Below are positions 55,413 through 64,000 of a stretch of DNA of 64,000 bases, in pieces. Numbering within the stretch: position 1 is the stretch's first letter; each line of letters opens with the position of its first letter. Source of the DNA: Longimicrobiales bacterium (GTDB taxonomy: Bacteria > Gemmatimonadota > Gemmatimonadetes > Longimicrobiales > Gaopeijiaceae); NCBI GenBank assembly GCA_963664435.2, contig CAXXKM010000002.1, positions 896,001 through 960,000 of the forward strand, written 5' to 3'. The notes beneath the pieces are model-generated. The model saw only the letters and a program-made list of their open reading frames with translations. It did not search any database and was not told the DNA's origin. The position numbers and the translations under genes were made by a program.

Positions 55413-58397
55413 ATGTCCGTCCATTTGCGGAGAGTCGGCGCAGGCGCTCTGGGGGGCCTGCTCCTGGCGTTCTCGCTCCCGTTATCGGTTGCCGCGCAGT
55501 CGGCGCCCATCTCCGAAGCCCATCTGGAAGCCTTCCGTCCCCGCGCCATAGGCCCGGCGGTCACGGGCGGGCGGATCCACGACGTGGAGGCGCTCGCGGA
55601 CGACCCCTCCGTGCTCTGGGTCGCCACCGCTTCCGGGGGCCTCTGGCGCAGCCTGAACCGCGGGCACAACTGGGTGAACGTCTTCGAGGACATGGAGGTC
55701 AACACCTTCGGCGACGTGGCGCTCGCGCCCTCCGATCCGATGGTCGTCTACGCGGGCACCGGGGAGCAGAACAACCGGCAGAGCACCTCGTGGGGAAACG
55801 GCGTCTATCGCAGCGATGACGGCGGGGAGAGCTGGGAGCACCTGGGGCTCGAGGGCACCCGTCACATCGCCGAGGTGCAGGTCCATCCCCGCAACCCCGA
55901 CGTCGTCTACGTGGCGGCCAGCGGCGACCTGTGGAACGCCAGCGAGGAGCGGGGCGTCTACCGCAGCTTCGACGGCGGCCGCAACTGGCGGAAGGTCCTG
56001 CACGTGGATGAGGACACCGGCGCCATCGACCTCGTCCTCAACCAGGACAACCCGGACATCGTCTACGCGGCGATGTACCAGCGCCGCCGCACCGCCTGGG
56101 GCTTCAACGGCGGCGGTCCCGGCAGCGGCATCTACCGTTCCACGGACGGCGGCGACACCTGGGAGGAGCTGACCGAAGGCATCCCCGCGGGAGACAAGGG
56201 GCGCATCGGCCTGGCGATCTCGCGCTCCAATCCCATGGTGCTCAACGCGCTGATCGAACATACCGAGGACACGGGGACGTTTCGTTCCACGGACGGCGGC
56301 GACACCTGGGAGAAGATGAGCGACCTGAACGGCCGCCCCATGTACTATTCCCACGTCTACATCGACCCGAACGACGAGAACGTGGTCTACACCCTGGCGA
56401 CGTCCTCCTACCGGAGCCGGGACGGCGGGCGCACCTGGGAGGACATTTCCGCGCGTCCCACCTACGACGTGGGCGTGCACGCCGACATGCACACCATGTG
56501 GATCGACCCGTCGGATCCCGAGCATTTCTACCTGGCCGGCGACGCCGGGCTGCACGAAACCTATGACGGCGGCCTCAACTACCGGCGCATCAACAACATC
56601 CCCATCGCGCAGTTCTACGCCATTGGGGTGGACATGCGCGACCCGTACTGGGTGCACGGGGGACTCCAGGACAACCACTCCTTCGCGGGGCCGTCGCGCA
56701 CGCGGCGCTGGGCCGGCATCCTCAACGACGACTGGCGCCAGACCGGCTTCGGCGACGGCATGTACCAGCAGCCGGATCCGCACAACCCCCGCTACGTCTA
56801 CGTGAACTCCAACGGCGGCGGCTACGTGCGGGTCGATTCCGAAACCGGCGACCAGCTCGACATCCGCCCGCAGCCTCCCGAGGGAGAGGAGCGCTACCGC
56901 TTCGACTGGGCATCGCCCTCGCTGGTGTCCAGGCGCACCGAAGGGCTCGTCTACACCGGCGGCAACCGGCTCTTCATCAGCAGCGACTACGGCAACAGCT
57001 GGACCCGAACGGAGGATCTCACGCGCCAGGTCGATCGCGACGCCCTGGAGATCATGGGCGTGCGCGGATCCGACATCCGCCTTTCGCGCAACGACGGCAC
57101 GAGCAGCTTCAGCGAGATCACCATCATCACGGAATCGCCCCTGAACGGGGATGTGCTCTGGGTGGGCACGGACGACGGCAACGTGCAGCTGTCGCGCGAC
57201 CGGGGGTCCACCTGGACGGAGCTTTCCGGCAACATCGACGGGGTGGCGGACGGCACCTACGTGAGCCGCATCGTTCCCTCGGTGCGAGGCGAGGATGTCG
57301 CCTACGTCGCCTTCGACGCCCACCGCAGCGGCGACTTCGCCCCCTACGTGTTCCGAACCGAGAACGCGGGCGCCACCTGGCTCAACCTGAGCGTCGGGCT
57401 CGAGGCGGGCGGTTCGGTCAACTCGCTCGCCGAGCATCCCGACAACCCCGACCTGATCTTCGCGGGAAGCGAGCACGGCCTGTTCGCCTCCACCGACGCG
57501 GGCGCCACCTGGGCGAGGATGCCCGCGCCCACCACCGCCTACGACGACCTCGTCATCCATCCGCGCGACAAGGACCTGGTGATGGGCACCCACGGACGGG
57601 GCATCCTGATTCTCGACGACCTCGGGGCCCTCGCCTCGTGGAACGCCCGGGTGGCCTCGGCGCCCGCGCATCTCTTCCCCATCCGGTCGGCGACCATCTT
57701 CCAGTACTGGAAGGACACCTCGTACCGGGCGCAGGAGGCGTATGCGGGCGAGAATCCCGTGGACGGCGCCATCATCACCTACAGCCTCGGCGAGGGAGAC
57801 GGCCCGGCGCGCATCGTCATCGAGGACGGGGGCGGGAACTTCGTGCGCGAGCTCTCGGTACCCGGTTCTCCGGGCGTGCACAGGGTCAACTGGGATCTCC
57901 GGCATCCGCTTCCCGGCAGCTCGACGCGGTGGCGGGCCCACGATGTGGAGGGCTTGGCGCGCACCATCGAGGACAGGGGCCATTTCGTGTCGCCGGGCAC
58001 GTTCCGGGTGATGCTGGAAGCGCGCGGCGCCACGTCGCAGCAGAGCCTGGTGGTCGCGGGTGATCCGGCATTGCCGGTGACCCTGGCCCAGTACCGGGAG
58101 CGGGAGCAGTTCCTGTCGGAGGTACTGGCGCTGAGGCAGGAGGTGGAGCGTGTGAGGGACCAGTTGGGCGGCATGGGCGGGGGCGGCGCAGGGGGCGACC
58201 GGATCGAGGAACTCGACCAGGCCCTCAACCAGGGCCGGGCGGCGCTGGCCGGCATCTACCAGTCCATGAATGGCGGGGGCGTCCGCCAGGGTTCGCTCTA
58301 TCCCCCGACGGCGACCCACCGTGAGCAGAAGGAGCGCGTCGAAGCCCTGCTCGCCGGCGCCCGCGAGGAACTGGAGGAAATCGACGGTCTTCGCTGA
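55413..58397 (+). CDS. Secreted BNR/Asp-box (VPS10-like) beta-propeller glycosyl hydrolase-like protein
   Basis: Many SxDGGxTW repeats, GGLQDN, GTHGRG; signal peptide. Confidence 0.88.
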   Translation: MSVHLRRVGAGALGGLLLAFSLPLSVAAQSAPISEAHLEAFRPRAIGPAVTGGRIHDVEALADDPSVLWVATASGGLWRSLNRGHNWVNVFEDMEVNTFGDVALAPSDPMVVYAGTGEQNNRQSTSWGNGVYRSDDGGESWEHLGLEGTRHIAEVQVHPRNPDVVYVAASGDLWNASEERGVYRSFDGGRNWRKVLHVDEDTGAIDLVLNQDNPDIVYAAMYQRRRTAWGFNGGGPGSGIYRSTDGGDTWEELTEGIPAGDKGRIGLAISRSNPMVLNALIEHTEDTGTFRSTDGGDTWEKMSDLNGRPMYYSHVYIDPNDENVVYTLATSSYRSRDGGRTWEDISARPTYDVGVHADMHTMWIDPSDPEHFYLAGDAGLHETYDGGLNYRRINNIPIAQFYAIGVDMRDPYWVHGGLQDNHSFAGPSRTRRWAGILNDDWRQTGFGDGMYQQPDPHNPRYVYVNSNGGGYVRVDSETGDQLDIRPQPPEGEERYRFDWASPSLVSRRTEGLVYTGGNRLFISSDYGNSWTRTEDLTRQVDRDALEIMGVRGSDIRLSRNDGTSSFSEITIITESPLNGDVLWVGTDDGNVQLSRDRGSTWTELSGNIDGVADGTYVSRIVPSVRGEDVAYVAFDAHRSGDFAPYVFRTENAGATWLNLSVGLEAGGSVNSLAEHPDNPDLIFAGSEHGLFASTDAGATWARMPAPTTAYDDLVIHPRDKDLVMGTHGRGILILDDLGALASWNARVASAPAHLFPIRSATIFQYWKDTSYRAQEAYAGENPVDGAIITYSLGEGDGPARIVIEDGGGNFVRELSVPGSPGVHRVNWDLRHPLPGSSTRWRAHDVEGLARTIEDRGHFVSPGTFRVMLEARGATSQQSLVVAGDPALPVTLAQYREREQFLSEVLALRQEVERVRDQLGGMGGGGAGGDRIEELDQALNQGRAALAGIYQSMNGGGVRQGSLYPPTATHREQKERVEALLAGAREELEEIDGLR

Positions 58398-58441
58398 GGA
58401 CGCACCCTCGATTCCGACAACCGACAAGGAGCGTTGCCCAC

Positions 58442-58837
58442 ATGTTCATGGCCCATTCGGGAGTTCGCTACCTGGTTCTGCTGTTCGGAGCGGCGTGTGC
58501 GCTCTACGCCCTCGTGGGGTGGGCGACGGGTCGCCCGTACGACCGCACCATGCGGGTTATCGCGTCCACCTTCGCGGGAACGCTTCATCTGCAGATCCTG
58601 CTCGGATTTGCGGTCATCCTCACCATCCCGGGCAGTTTCAGTGCGGCGCTGATGGGCCACATTCTGCCCCTGGTGATCGCGGCCGTCGTCGTGCAGCTCC
58701 CGGTCTCGGTGATGCGCCGCCGCCCCGAGGATCAGCGCACCTACGCGCCCCATGCGGTGTCCTCGCTGATCGCGCTGGCGCTGATCTGGGCGGGCGTCGC
58801 CGCGATCGGCCGCTCGCTGCTCGAGAGCACGGGATAG
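58442..58837 (+). CDS. Small four-TM hypothetical membrane protein
   Basis: HSGVRYLVL..HLQILLG..GH; hydrophobic segments. Confidence 0.75.
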   Translation: MFMAHSGVRYLVLLFGAACALYALVGWATGRPYDRTMRVIASTFAGTLHLQILLGFAVILTIPGSFSAALMGHILPLVIAAVVVQLPVSVMRRRPEDQRTYAPHAVSSLIALALIWAGVAAIGRSLLESTG

Positions 58838-58904
58838 CCGCCGTGCTAAGAGCATCGCGCAGGCGGACCACCGAATCGAAGGCCCCGATTCACCGGAGCC
58901 GCAC

Positions 58905-60854
58905 GTGACGCCGGACCCGGCCCGGGGCCACGCGAGTGAGCGCGAAGCGCGCGAGGTGGCGGAGAGCGCGCGGGAGAAGCGCTGGAAGCAGCGGAGCTTC
59001 GTCAAGTCGCTGTTGTCGGGCCGGTTCCATCTGGACTGGATCCATCCCCATCCGCTGCCCGAGCCCGGCGAGCAGTTTCGAGCGAGCCACTTCCTGAGAG
59101 ACCTGGAGGAGTTCGCGCGCGCGCACATCGACGGGGACGCCGTCGACCGCGAAGCCTGGGTTCCCGAGGAAGTGCTCGACGGACTGCGCGCCCTGGGCGC
59201 CTTCGGGATCAAGATCCCGAGGGAATACGGCGGCCTCGGACTCTCGCAGATCACCTACAACCGCGCGCTTGAGATCGTGGCAAGCCGCTGCATCTCCACC
59301 GCCGCGTTCCTTTCGGCGCATCAGTCCATCGGCGTGCCCCAGCCTCTCTCCTACTTCGGCACCGAGGCGCAGAAGCGGGCCTACCTGCCCCGCCTGGCCG
59401 CGGGAGCGCTCTCCGCTTTCGCGTTGACGGAACCGGAAGCCGGCTCGGATCCGGCCAACATGTCGACCACCGCCACGCCCACGGCGGACGGCAGCGCCTA
59501 TCTCCTGAATGGAGAGAAGCTCTGGTGCACGAACGGACCACGCGCGGAGCTCCTGGTGGTCATGGCTCGCACGCCCGCGCGCGCCGGCGTCAAGGGGAAG
59601 CGGCCCATCTCCGCCTTCATCGTGGACAGGGCCTGGCCCGGGGTGGAGGTGGTGCACACCAGCCGCTTCATGGGACTGAGGGGACTTTCCAACGGCGTCC
59701 TGCGCTTCACCAACGTGCGGGTGCCGCGCGAGAACCTGCTCTGGGGCGAGGGGCTCGGTCTCAAGCTCGCGCTCATCACGCTGAACACCGGGAGGCTGTC
59801 GCTTCCGGCCCTGTGCGCGGCCGCCGGCAAGTCGGCCCTGCACATGTGCCGCCGCTGGTGCCGCGACCGGGTTCAGTGGGGCGCGCCGGTGGGCAGGCAC
59901 GACGCCGTCGCCCAGATGCTGGGCCGGATGGCCGCGAACGCCTTCGCCATGGAAGCGGTCATGGAGCTGTCCTCGGTGATGGCCGACGCGAAGACCTTCG
60001 ACATCCGCATCGAAGCCGCCATGGCCAAGCTCTGGAACAGCGAGACCGCCTGGGCCCTGGCCGACGACGCGGTCCAGATGCGGAGTGGCCGAGGGTACGA
60101 AACCGCCGATTCCCTGCGTGCCCGCGGCGAGGAGATGCCTGCTCCCGTGGAACGTCTCCTCCGCGATCTGCGCATCAACCGGATCTTCGAGGGCTCCAGC
60201 GAAATCATGCGCCTCTTCATCGCGCGCGAGGCGGTGGATCAGCACCTGAAGCTGGCCGGGGCCCTGGTGGATCCGCGGGCGCCGTTCCGGGAGCGGATGG
60301 CCGCGGCGGCGCGCGCCGGGCTGCACTACGCCTGGTGGTATCCCACGCGCTGGGTGGGCTGGAGCCGGTGGCCCAGATTCGCGGAATTCGGGCGTATGGC
60401 GGGACACGTGGGATTCATCGAGCGAAGTTCGCGCAAGCTCGCGCGTGCGCTGTTCTACTGCATGCTCCGGTTCGGGGCCGGGCTCGAGAAGCGGCAGGCC
60501 GTGCTGGGCCGGATCGTCGACATCGGATCCGAACTCTTCGCGATGACCGCGGTCACCGTGCGGGTCGATCTGCTGGCCGCCAAGACGCCCGGAGATTCCT
60601 CCCCCGAGGACCTCGCGGACCTCTTCTGCAGGCACGCGCGGCGGCGCATCCGGGCGCACTTCGCCGCCCTGTTCTCCAACGACGACGTCGCTACCTACAA
60701 GGTTGCCGCCAGGACCATGGAGGGAGCCTACGGATGGTTGGAGGAGGGCGTGGTCACGATGGCCGACGTGGAGGCGATGGAGGAGGCCGAGGCCGCCGCC
60801 TCCCCCGGTTCGACGGCGAAGCAGGCCTGGGAGGCCGCGCTGGCGGCGCGTTAG
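58905..60854 (+). CDS. Long-type acyl-CoA dehydrogenase
   Basis: FALTEPEAGSD, NGEKLWCTNG, RDLRINRIFEG. Confidence 0.93.
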   Translation: MTPDPARGHASEREAREVAESAREKRWKQRSFVKSLLSGRFHLDWIHPHPLPEPGEQFRASHFLRDLEEFARAHIDGDAVDREAWVPEEVLDGLRALGAFGIKIPREYGGLGLSQITYNRALEIVASRCISTAAFLSAHQSIGVPQPLSYFGTEAQKRAYLPRLAAGALSAFALTEPEAGSDPANMSTTATPTADGSAYLLNGEKLWCTNGPRAELLVVMARTPARAGVKGKRPISAFIVDRAWPGVEVVHTSRFMGLRGLSNGVLRFTNVRVPRENLLWGEGLGLKLALITLNTGRLSLPALCAAAGKSALHMCRRWCRDRVQWGAPVGRHDAVAQMLGRMAANAFAMEAVMELSSVMADAKTFDIRIEAAMAKLWNSETAWALADDAVQMRSGRGYETADSLRARGEEMPAPVERLLRDLRINRIFEGSSEIMRLFIAREAVDQHLKLAGALVDPRAPFRERMAAAARAGLHYAWWYPTRWVGWSRWPRFAEFGRMAGHVGFIERSSRKLARALFYCMLRFGAGLEKRQAVLGRIVDIGSELFAMTAVTVRVDLLAAKTPGDSSPEDLADLFCRHARRRIRAHFAALFSNDDVATYKVAARTMEGAYGWLEEGVVTMADVEAMEEAEAAASPGSTAKQAWEAALAAR

Positions 60855-60865
60855 CCGGGATGCCG

Positions 60866-61852
60866 ATGAGTTCGCGTCTTCACCACATCGCCTTGGCCGT
60901 CGTCCTGGGATGGACCCTGGGGCTCCTCCTTCTGGGCAGCATCGTGCACGCGACCGAGTCGAGCCTCGCCTGCCCGGACTGGCCGACCTGCTTCGGCACC
61001 ATGATGCCCGAGATGACCGGCGGCGTCTTCTGGGAGCACCTGCACCGGCTCGTCGCGGGCGTGCTCGTGCTGCTGTTCGCCGCGGCGGCCTGGCTGACCT
61101 GGCGCCGGCAGCCGGAGCGCCGTTGGCTCCACCGGGCGGGGCTGGCCGGGATCGCGCTGCTGATCGTCCAGTCGGTGCTGGGCGGCCTCACCGTGCTGAT
61201 GCGCCTGCCGGACGCCATCTCGTCCTCCCACCTGGCGCTCGCGTTCCTCTTCCTCGGGCTGGCCACGGTCCTGACGGTGGTCACGGCGCGCGGATGGGGC
61301 GGGGGGGCGCGCCTGGCGAGTGCCGCGCGGACGACGCTGGGGAGGATGGCGGGAGGGGTGGCGGCGCTGGTGCTGGCGCAGTCGGTGCTGGGCGGGGTGG
61401 TGCGCCACACCGACGCCGGCATGGCCTGCCCGGACGTGCCGCTCTGCCTCGGCCGGGTGGTGCCTCCTCTCGAGCACCCGCTGGTGATCCTTCACTTCGG
61501 CCACCGCGTGCTGGGCATCCTGGTGGCGCTGGCGACCCTCGCGCTGGCCGTCTACGTGCTGCGCCGGAAGGCCGCCGCCCCGCTTCCGGCCCTCGCGGCC
61601 GGCGCACTGGTCACGGTGCTGGCCCAGGTGACGGTGGGCTTCCTCTCGGTGAGCAGCGGGCTCGCGGTTGCGCCGGTTTCGCTGCACACGCTGCTGGCGG
61701 CGCTGCTCTTCTCGCTGACCGCGGCACTCGCGACCTACGGCCATGAGCCCGAGCTGCGGCTCGCGGCCGGCGCCGCGGGAGGCGCGACGGATGTGCGCGG
61801 CCCGGCAAGTGCCCGCGCCGGGCGGGAACCCGATCCGCATCCCGCGCTGTAG
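60866..61852 (+). CDS. ctaA: COX15/CtaA heme A synthase family
   Basis: LACPDWPTC, EHLHR, duplicated ACPDVPLC..HR, conserved His residues. Confidence 0.88.
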   Translation: MSSRLHHIALAVVLGWTLGLLLLGSIVHATESSLACPDWPTCFGTMMPEMTGGVFWEHLHRLVAGVLVLLFAAAAWLTWRRQPERRWLHRAGLAGIALLIVQSVLGGLTVLMRLPDAISSSHLALAFLFLGLATVLTVVTARGWGGGARLASAARTTLGRMAGGVAALVLAQSVLGGVVRHTDAGMACPDVPLCLGRVVPPLEHPLVILHFGHRVLGILVALATLALAVYVLRRKAAAPLPALAAGALVTVLAQVTVGFLSVSSGLAVAPVSLHTLLAALLFSLTAALATYGHEPELRLAAGAAGGATDVRGPASARAGREPDPHPAL

Positions 61853-61875
61853 CCTGACCGCCGCCGTCGAATTCC

Positions 61876-62316
61876 ATGGACGCTGAGGCGCTCGGCAACT
61901 TCCTGGCACCGGTCAACGCCTCGCTGAACCTGCTCAGCACCAGCTTCCTGGTGGCCGGGTTCGCCTTCATCCGGGCGCGCAACATCCCCCGCCACCGCCT
62001 GTGCATGATCTCGGCGGCGAGCGCGTCCGGCCTCTTCCTCGTCTTCTACGTCATCCGCTTCTCCCTCACCGGCACCCACACCTTCGCCGGAGAGGGGACC
62101 GCCCGGGTGGTCTACCTGGCCATCCTCTTCTCACACATGGTGTTGGCGGTGGTGGCGGCCCCCCTGGTCATCCGCCTGCTTTTCCTGGCGGGCCGCGAGC
62201 GCTTCGCCGAGCACGCCCGCCTCGCGCGCTGGACCTTTCCCATCTGGCTGTACGTGTCGGTGACCGGGCTGGTGGTCTACGCCTTGCTCTACCACGTGTA
62301 CGGGTACGTGGAGTAG
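61876..62316 (+). CDS. DUF420 family membrane protein
   Basis: NASLN, HRLCM, ARWTFPIWLYVSVTG. Confidence 0.88.
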   Translation: MDAEALGNFLAPVNASLNLLSTSFLVAGFAFIRARNIPRHRLCMISAASASGLFLVFYVIRFSLTGTHTFAGEGTARVVYLAILFSHMVLAVVAAPLVIRLLFLAGRERFAEHARLARWTFPIWLYVSVTGLVVYALLYHVYGYVE

Positions 62317-62392
62317 CAGCGGACGCGGCAGTCCGACATCCGCGTTCCGGGGGCACCCCGTCCCCACCGAACCACAACCGGACGAGACCGCA

Positions 62393-64000
62393 ATGGCGAC
62401 ACTCAAGCGGGAGCTCGGGCTTTTCGACGTCTATGCGATCGCGACCGGCGCAACCCTCAGCTCCGGCTTCTTCCTGCTGCCCGGTCTGGCGGCGGCGCAG
62501 GCCGGCGGCGCGATCCCGTTCGCCTACCTGCTGGCGGGACTACTCCTCCTGCCGGGCATCCTCAGCATGGCGGAGCTTTCGACCGCCATGCCGCGTGCCG
62601 GCGGCATCTACTACTTCCTGGACCGCAGCATGGGCCAGAGGGTGGGCACCATCGGCGGTTTCGGCACCTGGACCACGCTGACCCTGAAGTCGGCCTTCGC
62701 ACTGGTTGGGCTGGGCGCCTATCTGCAGGTCTACTTTCCCGGGATGCCCGCCGGCCCCGTCTCGTTCGCCTTCGCGCTGAGCTTCGCCGCGGTCAACCTC
62801 TTCGGCGCCAAGAAGATCGGCGTCATCCAGCTCATCCTGACCACGGTCCTGCTGGGGATCCTGGGCTGGGTGATCGGGGCCGCCGTCACCGTTCTCGACC
62901 CCGGCGTCTTCGAGGGCGCGTTCGACCTGGGCGCTTCCCCGTTCTTCTCGACCGTCGGGCTGGTGGTCGTGTCGTACATGGGGATCACCCATGTGGCGTC
63001 GGTCTCGGAAGAGGTGAGGAACCCGGACCGCAACCTGGCGCTGGGAATGCTGCTGGCCTTCTTCACCGTGCTGCTCGTCTACGTGCTGGGGACCTGGGCG
63101 ATGGTGGGGGCGGTAGGGGTCGAAGTGCTGTCCGCGGATGGCGGCAATCTCGCGCCCGCCGCATCGATGGCCCGGGCCGTCGCCGGAAACGCCGGCGAAG
63201 CGGTCATGACCGTGGCCGCGATCGTCGCCTTCATCTCGGTGGGGCACGCCGGGGTGCTCTCCGCGAGCCGCTACCCGCTGGCCATGAGCCGCGACCACGT
63301 GCTGCCCGCCGCGCTTCGGCGCATCAGCCGCTGGGGCACTCCCTGGGTCGCGGTGCTGGCCACCGTGGGGCTGATCCTGTTGTGGCTCTCGCTATTCGAT
63401 CCATCCAGCATCGCAAAGCTCGCCGGAGCCTTCCAGCTCATCATGTTCGGCCTCGCGTGCCTCGCGGTGATCGTCATGCGCGAGAGCGGCCTCGCCCCCT
63501 ACGACCCGGGCTTCCGCGCCCCCCTCTACCCATGGGTCCAGATCGTCGGCATCGTCGTCCCGTTTCCGCTCATCGTCGAGATGGGCTGGATGGCCACCCT
63601 TCTCAGCGTTGCCTTCATCGTCTTCGGCCTTGTCTGGTACCGGGTCTACGCCCGCGACCACGTGCGCCGGGAGGGCGCGATCTATCACGTCTTCGAGCGG
63701 CTCGGCCAGCAGCGAAACGAGGGACTGGAGCGGGAGCTGCTCCAGATTCTCAAGGAAAAGGGGGTGCGCGACGCGGATCCCTTCGAGGAACTCATCGCGT
63801 CCTCCGCGGTCCTGGAGTTCCAGGGCACCGTTGCCTTCTCCCGGCTGGTGGATCGTGCGTCGCACGCACTGTCGCAACAGCTCGGCGTGGATGCGCACCG
63901 TCTCGCGCAGGGGTTCCTGGATGACAGCGGCAGCGGCCTCACGCCCGTGTCGCAGGGCGTCGTCCTGGAGCATCTGCGCCTCGACTCCATAACCGGCCCC
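62393..64000 (+). CDS. APC-family amino acid permease with cytoplasmic C-terminal extension (partial, runs off window)
   Basis: MATLKRELGLFDVYAIATGATLSSGFFLLPG, AELSTAMPRAGG, SEEVRNP, SRYPLAMSRD. Confidence 0.88.
   Translation, partial: MATLKRELGLFDVYAIATGATLSSGFFLLPGLAAAQAGGAIPFAYLLAGLLLLPGILSMAELSTAMPRAGGIYYFLDRSMGQRVGTIGGFGTWTTLTLKSAFALVGLGAYLQVYFPGMPAGPVSFAFALSFAAVNLFGAKKIGVIQLILTTVLLGILGWVIGAAVTVLDPGVFEGAFDLGASPFFSTVGLVVVSYMGITHVASVSEEVRNPDRNLALGMLLAFFTVLLVYVLGTWAMVGAVGVEVLSADGGNLAPAASMARAVAGNAGEAVMTVAAIVAFISVGHAGVLSASRYPLAMSRDHVLPAALRRISRWGTPWVAVLATVGLILLWLSLFDPSSIAKLAGAFQLIMFGLACLAVIVMRESGLAPYDPGFRAPLYPWVQIVGIVVPFPLIVEMGWMATLLSVAFIVFGLVWYRVYARDHVRREGAIYHVFERLGQQRNEGLERELLQILKEKGVRDADPFEELIASSAVLEFQGTVAFSRLVDRASHALSQQLGVDAHRLAQGFLDDSGSGLTPVSQGVVLEHLRLDSITGP

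Noticed and set aside
55482..58427. 981-aa minus-strand ORF
   Set aside because: Antisense shadow of the BNR-repeat protein.
59525..60865. Long N-terminal extension of CtaA (775 aa)
   Set aside because: Out-of-frame overlap with the acyl-CoA dehydrogenase; CtaA motifs start near 60866.

Overview
GC-rich bacterial window; the gene content (cadherin/FN3 adhesin, BNR/VPS10 and M28 enzymes, PQQ lipoprotein) suggests a Gemmatimonadota-like host-associated organism, which is inference only. Positions 1-21.9 kb are an accessory island. It holds two closely related tyrosine-integrase 5' ends pointing outwards. The right one is a complete integrase. The left one is fused in frame to an FN3/cadherin-repeat protein that runs off the window. 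Between them lie a TraD/VirD4 coupling protein, an IS110 element whose bridge RNA guides can be matched to its own ends and target, an orphan Phd antitoxin, a type I R-M system, an ImmA/PIN pair, an ApeA-like HEPN gene and a ColE1-type mob region with a frameshifted relaxase. A MazEF-type module follows. Positions 21.9-64 kb look like core metabolism: PQQ dehydrogenase, P1B-ATPase, NosR-like FMN/Fe-S protein with ApbE, lutABC, ppx, NAD-GDH, glycosyltransferases, sucA, ggt, peptidases, acyl-CoA dehydrogenase, CtaA, DUF420 and an APC permease. This part also contains a probable OsmC-like selenoprotein that the ORF track splits at an in-frame UGA. No tRNA, rRNA or CRISPR array was recognised.
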